The position numbers and the translations under genes are program-made. From a virus, in UHGV virus genome UHGV-0181016: a stretch of DNA of 46,343 nt. One strand, 5' to 3'. Positions within the stretch are counted from its first letter, which is position 1. Each line of letters starts with the position of its first letter. The notes below the pieces were generated by a model. It saw only the letters and a program-made list of their open reading frames with translations, was not told the DNA's origin and searched no databases. This document shows positions 39,565-46,343 of the stretch, one piece after another.

Positions 39565-40635
39565 TTACACCGGAGTTTGCGTGCCGTAGCCGTTAAACAC
39601 TTTGGATTTGCCGGAGAAATCGCGGCGAACCTGTAGGCCGAAAGCGGACCACACCATAAAGTTAAAGTTATCGTGAGGGTTGTCACGGGCTGCTGCATAG
39701 GTGGAAACAGGCTGAGCAACGCGCGGACGGATGTACATGTCGTTGCGAACATAGCCAACAAAGTGGTTGCCAGTCAGCAGGAAGTTGGTGCCAATCTTGC
39801 CAATGCGACCATTGCCGAACTGCGTGATGTATTGCTCAACTGTGCCGCCTTTGAAGCCAGCTGCATCAGAATACGGACGCATGAAGCTACGGCGCACTGC
39901 CGGGGAAACCCACAGAGTCACCTGCTCAAATACGTTCTGCGCATCCAGAATAGCCTGGAAATCCTGATTGAAGAAGGTCACGATTTGGTCTGGCGTTGCG
40001 GTTTGCAGGTCGATATTCAGGCCACCTGAAGCGTTCAGGTTAACCTGAACAGTGTTCGGGTGGTTGGTGATACCATAGCCAGTGTAAACGCCATTCACGC
40101 TCAGAGTCTGGTCGCCAGTCAGCAGATACTGCGCCATGTCGGAACGCAGGTTAAAGGTGACGTTAGCCTGATCGTCCAGCAGTGGGTCAAAACCTTCGGA
40201 CTGCATACCCAGCAGTTCGCGCCATTCGCGGCTGTAGCCAGTTTTGAAGATTGGAATCACATCGCCGGTGTAATCGTAGCGGGTTTTATCCAAATCTTCC
40301 GGTTCCTGACCAGACAGGGTGCGGACTACCTTACCGGCATCGGAAGCAATGCGGCTGATTGCCACAGTCTTGCCGATGTTGATGTTTACCGCGATGCCCA
40401 TCAGGTCAGCCATCATGTCCTGACCAGCTTCGTTGCGGAAAACGCGGGTGGTGACGTTATCCACGTCGCGCCAGTAATCTTTCGTTACCAGTGCGGTGGC
40501 GTTCACGCCGTAAGTTTTCGCCAGTTCAGCTTCTGCATTGCAGAACACCTTACGGTCGATGGTGAGGTGTTTCCACTGGTCAGCCACCACTGCGGAGTTG
40601 GCTACCAGGTCTTTGGTAAAAATAATCTTTTCCAT
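39565..40635 (-). CDS. major capsid protein
   Basis: 356 aa. It follows a decoration-like gene and a protease/scaffold gene, matching the lambda C-Nu3-D-E order. Composition is capsid-like. Confidence 0.65.
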   Translation of the reverse strand: MEKIIFTKDLVANSAVVADQWKHLTIDRKVFCNAEAELAKTYGVNATALVTKDYWRDVDNVTTRVFRNEAGQDMMADLMGIAVNINIGKTVAISRIASDAGKVVRTLSGQEPEDLDKTRYDYTGDVIPIFKTGYSREWRELLGMQSEGFDPLLDDQANVTFNLRSDMAQYLLTGDQTLSVNGVYTGYGITNHPNTVQVNLNASGGLNIDLQTATPDQIVTFFNQDFQAILDAQNVFEQVTLWVSPAVRRSFMRPYSDAAGFKGGTVEQYITQFGNGRIGKIGTNFLLTGNHFVGYVRNDMYIRPRVAQPVSTYAAARDNPHDNFNFMVWSAFGLQVRRDFSGKSKVFNGYGTQTPV

Positions 40636-40637
40636 TA

Positions 40638-42394
<1,757 letters not shown>

Positions 42395-42431
42395 ACTAAC
42401 CCCTGCTGTTGGTTAACTTAGGAATTATATC

Positions 42432-43829
42432 ATGCCGAAGAAGATGACTATTGATGAGCTCAAAGAAAAGATTCGTAGCGTTCATGGCGAGACGTATGAG
42501 TATGACTTTCATACCTTCCATGGCTGTCACTCACCAATGAAAATAGTATGCAAAAAGCATGGGGAATTCTGGCAAAAGCCATCCAAACACCTTCATGGTC
42601 AGGGGTGTGCAAAGTGCCAACGGGGCGTTATTTCTGTCGATGACTTCAAGTCAATGGCCTCCGCTATTCATGACTGGAAGTATGACTATAGCAAGGTTTT
42701 TTTTGAAGCGTTTTCAAGGGCAAAGATAACAATCGGATGCCCGATTCATGGGTGGTTTGAGCAATTGGCCTACATTCATCTGAAGAGGGGTAATGGATGC
42801 CCAAGGTGTGGGGATGAGAGATCGAGAAAAGCCAAGTTAAAAAAGTTCAGCAATTTTGTTGATGATGCGAAATACGTCCATGGTGATAAGTATGAGTATT
42901 CCCCGAATGGTTTTACTGGTTCTCGAGGCAAGATTAATATCTTATGTCCTACACATGGTGAGTTTACTCAAGGTGCCGCAAATCACCTGGCTGGTAATGG
43001 GTGTCCATCGTGCGCAAGAGTGATGTCAAATATAGAAGCCGATATCCTTGCATTTGTTAAGTCACTGGACCCACATGTGATCAGCAGGGATAGAACAACG
43101 ATAGCACCATATGAACTGGATATAGTCTCAAAAGCCAAATCATTAGCCATAGAGGTAAATGGCACATACTGGCACTCGGAGAAGGCCGGGAAAGATAGGC
43201 TGTATCACAAAATGAAAAGAGAGATGGTTGAAGCGTCAGGAATGAGATTGATAAGCATAAGAAGCGATATATGGAGAGATAAGCGCGAATTAGTAGAGGA
43301 AATAATAATTAATGCCATGGGGGCATCTGAGAGTAGGAAGGTTGACGCAAGAAAGTGCACCATTAAAGATGTATCACCATCTGAATCAAGGGCTTTTCTT
43401 GATAGATACCATGTTATGGGAGGAAGAAATGCCAGTAGGCACTTTGGTTTATTTTGTGGCGGTGAACTGGTATCCGTTATGTCATTTACAGTTAGGAAAG
43501 GTTCTGTTGAGTTGGTTAGATTCGCATCTAAATGCAATGTTCGTGGGGGGTTAACAAAGATGCTAAAACACTGCTCATCAGTTGTTGGTTTTGATGAGTG
43601 TTTCAGCTATGTAGACCTTGATTTGTTTACCGGCAAATCATACCTCTTAGCTGGCTTTAAAGCTGTAAGCACAAAACCCGGATTCGCGATTGTTAACGGA
43701 AACCATGTGGAATCAAGGCAAAAGTGGAACAAGGCGCCTAATGGCATGACTCAGAGCGAATGGTACGAATCTGAAGGTGTAAGCAGGATATGGGATAGCG
43801 GACAAATGAGAATAGAGTGGAGTAAATAG
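42432..43829 (+). CDS. free-standing homing endonuclease. It has three CxxHGxF...HLxGxGCPxC zinc-ribbon repeats plus a PD-(D/E)xK (Vsr/DUF559-like) nuclease.
   Basis: The repeats are CKKHGEFWQ...HLHGQGCAKC, CPIHGWFEQ...HLKRGNGCPRC and CPTHGEFTQ...HLAGNGCPSC. The nuclease motif is ELDIV...EVNGTYWH...K. It is encoded opposite the flanking structural genes. Confidence 0.6.
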   Translation: MPKKMTIDELKEKIRSVHGETYEYDFHTFHGCHSPMKIVCKKHGEFWQKPSKHLHGQGCAKCQRGVISVDDFKSMASAIHDWKYDYSKVFFEAFSRAKITIGCPIHGWFEQLAYIHLKRGNGCPRCGDERSRKAKLKKFSNFVDDAKYVHGDKYEYSPNGFTGSRGKINILCPTHGEFTQGAANHLAGNGCPSCARVMSNIEADILAFVKSLDPHVISRDRTTIAPYELDIVSKAKSLAIEVNGTYWHSEKAGKDRLYHKMKREMVEASGMRLISIRSDIWRDKRELVEEIIINAMGASESRKVDARKCTIKDVSPSESRAFLDRYHVMGGRNASRHFGLFCGGELVSVMSFTVRKGSVELVRFASKCNVRGGLTKMLKHCSSVVGFDECFSYVDLDLFTGKSYLLAGFKAVSTKPGFAIVNGNHVESRQKWNKAPNGMTQSEWYESEGVSRIWDSGQMRIEWSK

Positions 43830-43835
43830 AAAATA

Positions 43836-43862
43836 AAAGGTGTCATTTGACACCTTTTTTTG
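43836..43862. terminator. bidirectional terminator
   Basis: Hairpin AAAGGTGTC-attt-GACACCTTT is followed by TTTTTG. Confidence 0.65.
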
Positions 43863-44285
43863 TGGTCGAATTATAACACAGGGAGATATAGCACCATGAG
43901 GCTGTAGCCAGTGCAAACAATGGCGAATTGGTGAGTGCGTATAGCGTGAGAAAGTAAGTTATAGGGATTATGTTCATGGGCTACCTCCTGATTAAATGAT
44001 AGCAGCCCATGATGAACAAAAGATATACGGTGTTAGTCTGAAATCACATCATCCATGAATGCGAGTGCGGCACCTGAAAGGCAGAACAGAGCGCCATAGC
44101 AAATCATCTGGTAAAGAGTATCAGCCTCAAATACTCTCGCGAATGCGTATGCTGATAATATCCACAGTAATGGAATCATGGTCTACCTCTCCACGCTCTA
44201 ATCAACTCCTCTATTCCAGCAAATAATAAGTAGCCGGAAAATAAAGTTAAAATCCAGTGGTCAGCGAACCAGTTCAGGAAGTCCA

Positions 44286-44612
44286 TCATAACCCAGCCTC
44301 CTGTTTTGCGCGGTGAACGTACGACATGAACTTGCCAATCGGCATTTCCTTGCGGATTTGCGCCAGAATCGCTCCGTGAATCATCCTTTCCTCACCAAAA
44401 TACAGCTTATCGAGTCGCGTTTTGATGAGCGCTCGCGTGCGCCTCATGTGGTCACGCGCCTTAAGTGCTTTCTCGTGCCATACGCGATCATTCTTCTTAT
44501 CTGCATATTGCAGTTGACGTTCGACGGTTTCAATTTCAAACGCAAGTTGCATGTCATAATCTTCAAGCTGAATGATGTCTGCTTTCATAATGTCGTTTAA
44601 CTGGATAATCAT
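44286..44612 (-). CDS. hypothetical protein, 108 aa
   Basis: ORF. It is preceded by three membrane micro-ORFs of about 36 to 48 aa in 43845-44290. Confidence 0.4.
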   Translation of the reverse strand: MIIQLNDIMKADIIQLEDYDMQLAFEIETVERQLQYADKKNDRVWHEKALKARDHMRRTRALIKTRLDKLYFGEERMIHGAILAQIRKEMPIGKFMSYVHRAKQEAGL

Positions 44613-45031
44613 TTTTTCACCTTTAAGCCTGCATTTTCGATTGCTTCAACAACTTCATGGTGTGCTTGTGCTGGTATATCAATACAGAAATCACCTGGAG
44701 AGCACGGCTCTGGCAATTCAATCTCAATTGCTGCTCGTGATGCCTGCCATCCTCGCCATAACCAGAACAAAGCCTCTGAACATGAGGTTCCATGATAGAT
44801 ATAGTCGCCGCCAACATAGTATCCATCACCATCGTCACCGCAAAAATCAGCACAAGCGATCGCCTCACTGAACCACTCGTACTTGTCACTCATTTCTTCC
44901 TCAAACTGCTCTCTACTCGTCATCTTCACTTCCTCCACTATCCAGCCCATCTTTCTACGGTTATTGGCAATAAACTCATCCGATGTCACAAACAGAGTTC
45001 TGCCGGATTTATGCTTAATAGCCCATCTCAT
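44609..45031 (-). CDS. hypothetical acidic protein, 140 aa, Cys-rich
   Basis: ORF. Confidence 0.4.
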   Translation of the reverse strand: MRWAIKHKSGRTLFVTSDEFIANNRRKMGWIVEEVKMTSREQFEEEMSDKYEWFSEAIACADFCGDDGDGYYVGGDYIYHGTSCSEALFWLWRGWQASRAAIEIELPEPCSPGDFCIDIPAQAHHEVVEAIENAGLKVKK

Positions 45032-45156
45032 TTAATACATCCTCGGCAAGTTTGCGGAACATGATTTGCACTCTTGCCACCTTGCGCCACTCAGCTTCGG
45101 TGAGAATCACATCCTCCTGCTGCGGAATTCCAGACATCTCGCATGGTGGAAGAGGT

Positions 45157-45624
45157 TCATACTCTTGCTTCTTGCGTTTCGCTTTTCCCATGACGACCTC
45201 TTGCGTTGCGAAGAAGTGAATTAAACAGGTTGCTCATGCTTACTTCCTGCTCATGCCATGAGTAACGCCACAGCTTTTTGTGATGGTCATAGCTTCGCGT
45301 TACATCACCGTTATGAAACATAATGCGGATGCGGCTTTTCACGATGCGATAATCAATGCCAGTGGCGGAACTGATTTCTTTCACCTCCGCGCCAGCGTTA
45401 TCAAGCAAATGGCACTTAATTGCATCATCAATACCTGACGCATCATCAGAGATGAAATATTTATACTGCCACTTACCGCCACGAATCACCGACTTCTCTC
45501 GACGAATGAAGCCAAGCGCGAGCATCTCATGCAGACGATGCGTTGTGGTGCTTGAATGTTTCCCTCCGCAATGCTTCTCGATGTATGCGCGCGTTGCGCC
45601 TGGATGATTGACAATCACGCGCAT
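45157..45624 (-). CDS. hypothetical protein, about 155 aa, possible winged-helix DNA-binding
   Basis: ORF. The start at M26 is chosen to avoid overlap with the upstream gene. Confidence 0.4.
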   Translation of the reverse strand: MRVIVNHPGATRAYIEKHCGGKHSSTTTHRLHEMLALGFIRREKSVIRGGKWQYKYFISDDASGIDDAIKCHLLDNAGAEVKEISSATGIDYRIVKSRIRIMFHNGDVTRSYDHHKKLWRYSWHEQEVSMSNLFNSLLRNARGRHGKSETQEARV

Positions 45625-45634
45625 GATTTGTGAT

Positions 45635-45880
45635 TTATAGTCCACAATCACGCTCCTTTGCTGCCTGATTGAAATCGTCTGTGGTGTAGAGGTGTCCACC
45701 TCTTGTGTTCCATTGCGTAGCCGCTGCCAACTTCGTTACATGAACATCACTTGAGCAGCCGCACTCACACATAGCGAAATACATACCATCATCGTTATAT
45801 AACTTAACTTCACTGCTACCGCAGAATGGGCACTCAAGCAGCATTTCATCATTCATCATCGGCATATGTGGTGCTGTCAT
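45635..45880 (-). CDS. Lar-family restriction-alleviation-like zinc-ribbon protein
   Basis: The N-terminus carries CPFCGSSEV. A second Cys cluster CECGCS follows. The size is about 80 aa. Confidence 0.5.
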   Translation of the reverse strand: MTAPHMPMMNDEMLLECPFCGSSEVKLYNDDGMYFAMCECGCSSDVHVTKLAAATQWNTRGGHLYTTDDFNQAAKERDCGL

Positions 45881-46107
45881 TTGGTCATATCCTTAAGTAT
45901 CTTGTTCATGTTCAACTTGCACAGTCTTATCAGGACTCGGTCGCGCCTGTATCTCCATTCCTTTTTGCCACGCATCGATTGCTTAAGTAGTGTGCGAAAC
46001 GTAATATCCTTCCGCTGATTTCTTGATTTCTTGTTTCTGGCGTTTGACTCACTGATGTCAGCGAAAATTAAGTCAACTAACGTGGTGAACTTTCTCATTT
46101 CAACCAC
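45877..46107 (-). CDS. hypothetical basic protein, 76 aa
   Basis: ORF. Confidence 0.35.
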   Translation of the reverse strand: MVEMRKFTTLVDLIFADISESNARNKKSRNQRKDITFRTLLKQSMRGKKEWRYRRDRVLIRLCKLNMNKILKDMTK

Positions 46108-46313
46108 TCCCCAAGATTATTAAACTTAGGCGTATCACCTGACCAGTCGATAACGTCTTTCTGCTGACTGCGCTTGCGTTGCAGTCGGTTGCGCACCTCA
46201 CGCAGTTCGCATTCCAGCAATTCACGAGTGCGTTCAACTTCATTCAATCGCTGAATTAACGATTTTTCGTACAGTTCATCAGTTGTCATTGTGCGCTCCT
46301 CAAAATTTACCAA
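46095..46313 (-). CDS. hypothetical coiled-coil protein, 72 aa
   Basis: ORF. Confidence 0.35.
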   Translation of the reverse strand: MVNFEERTMTTDELYEKSLIQRLNEVERTRELLECELREVRNRLQRKRSQQKDVIDWSGDTPKFNNLGEWLK

Positions 46314-46343
46314 CCGTTGCCATTCTCAGTAGTTCAGGAAGCA

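Overview
This 46.3 kb window reads as a nearly complete genome of a virulent, T1-like (Drexlerviridae-style) siphovirus. I found no integrase, no CRISPR array and no bacterial housekeeping genes. The tail and late-head genes resemble lambda/HK97 and there is a depolymerase-like tailspike, so a Webervirus-like Klebsiella/enterobacterial phage is a low-confidence guess.

Gene layout, left to right:
- 260-1612 (+): a block of five small early-type genes.
- 1625-3065 (-): the lysis cassette. It holds a GH24-lysozyme remnant, a lambda-R-type endolysin, a 2-TM holin and an i-spanin with an embedded o-spanin.
- 3590-4661 (+): an HNH-AP2 homing endonuclease and a 200-aa unknown protein.
- 4745-10432 (-): the packaging and early-head module. 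It runs terS, a second HNH-AP2, terL, a four-gene moron, portal and an SPP1-gp7/Mu-F-like head-morphogenesis gene.
- 10500-12400 (-): micro-genes read from an early promoter at about 12450.
- 12470-12960: an AT-rich region with an iteron array, a candidate origin.
- 13075-21479 (+): the replication and recombination module. It runs a PrimPol/D5-like primase-helicase, a Cro-like HTH on the opposite strand, a Sak4-like ATPase, Gp157, SSB, an SF2 helicase and a VRR-NUC nuclease.
- 21515-42394 (-): a contiguous tail and head module. It runs tailspike, a J-like tip protein, K, L, M, tape measure, chaperone, major tail, head-tail completion genes, three membrane or basic proteins, major capsid, a decoration-like protein and a protease/scaffold.
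- Three plus-strand morons interrupt that structural module, each with its own promoter and terminator. They sit at 27909-28076, 31837-32480 and 36279-39294. The last is a six-gene island carrying a ParB-like protein, a Dam methylase and a truncated beta-sliding-clamp homologue.
- 42432-43829 (+): a third homing endonuclease, PD-(D/E)xK type with zinc-ribbon repeats.
- 43900-46313 (-): small genes including a Lar-like anti-restriction protein.
- RNA and signals: a tRNA-Met (CAT) sits at the end of a roughly 400-nt promoter-driven structured non-coding leader between tail genes. At least seven promoters share a TTGAC(A/G)-N17-TAGATT or TATAGT architecture with a conserved GGTGGTG spacer element. 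Several terminators share one hairpin sequence.

The most unusual items are listed here.
- The 180-aa truncated DnaN-like protein in the ParB/Dam island.
- An orphan SSB C-terminal-tail micro-ORF that could join VRR-NUC by a +1 frameshift.
- An orphan HigA-like antitoxin moron between terL and portal.
- A minus-strand tRNA-like element with an encoded CCA inside the tail-operon intergenic region.
- The iteron origin.

All family assignments rest on by-eye motif recognition and remembered reference sequences. They need HMM or BLAST confirmation.
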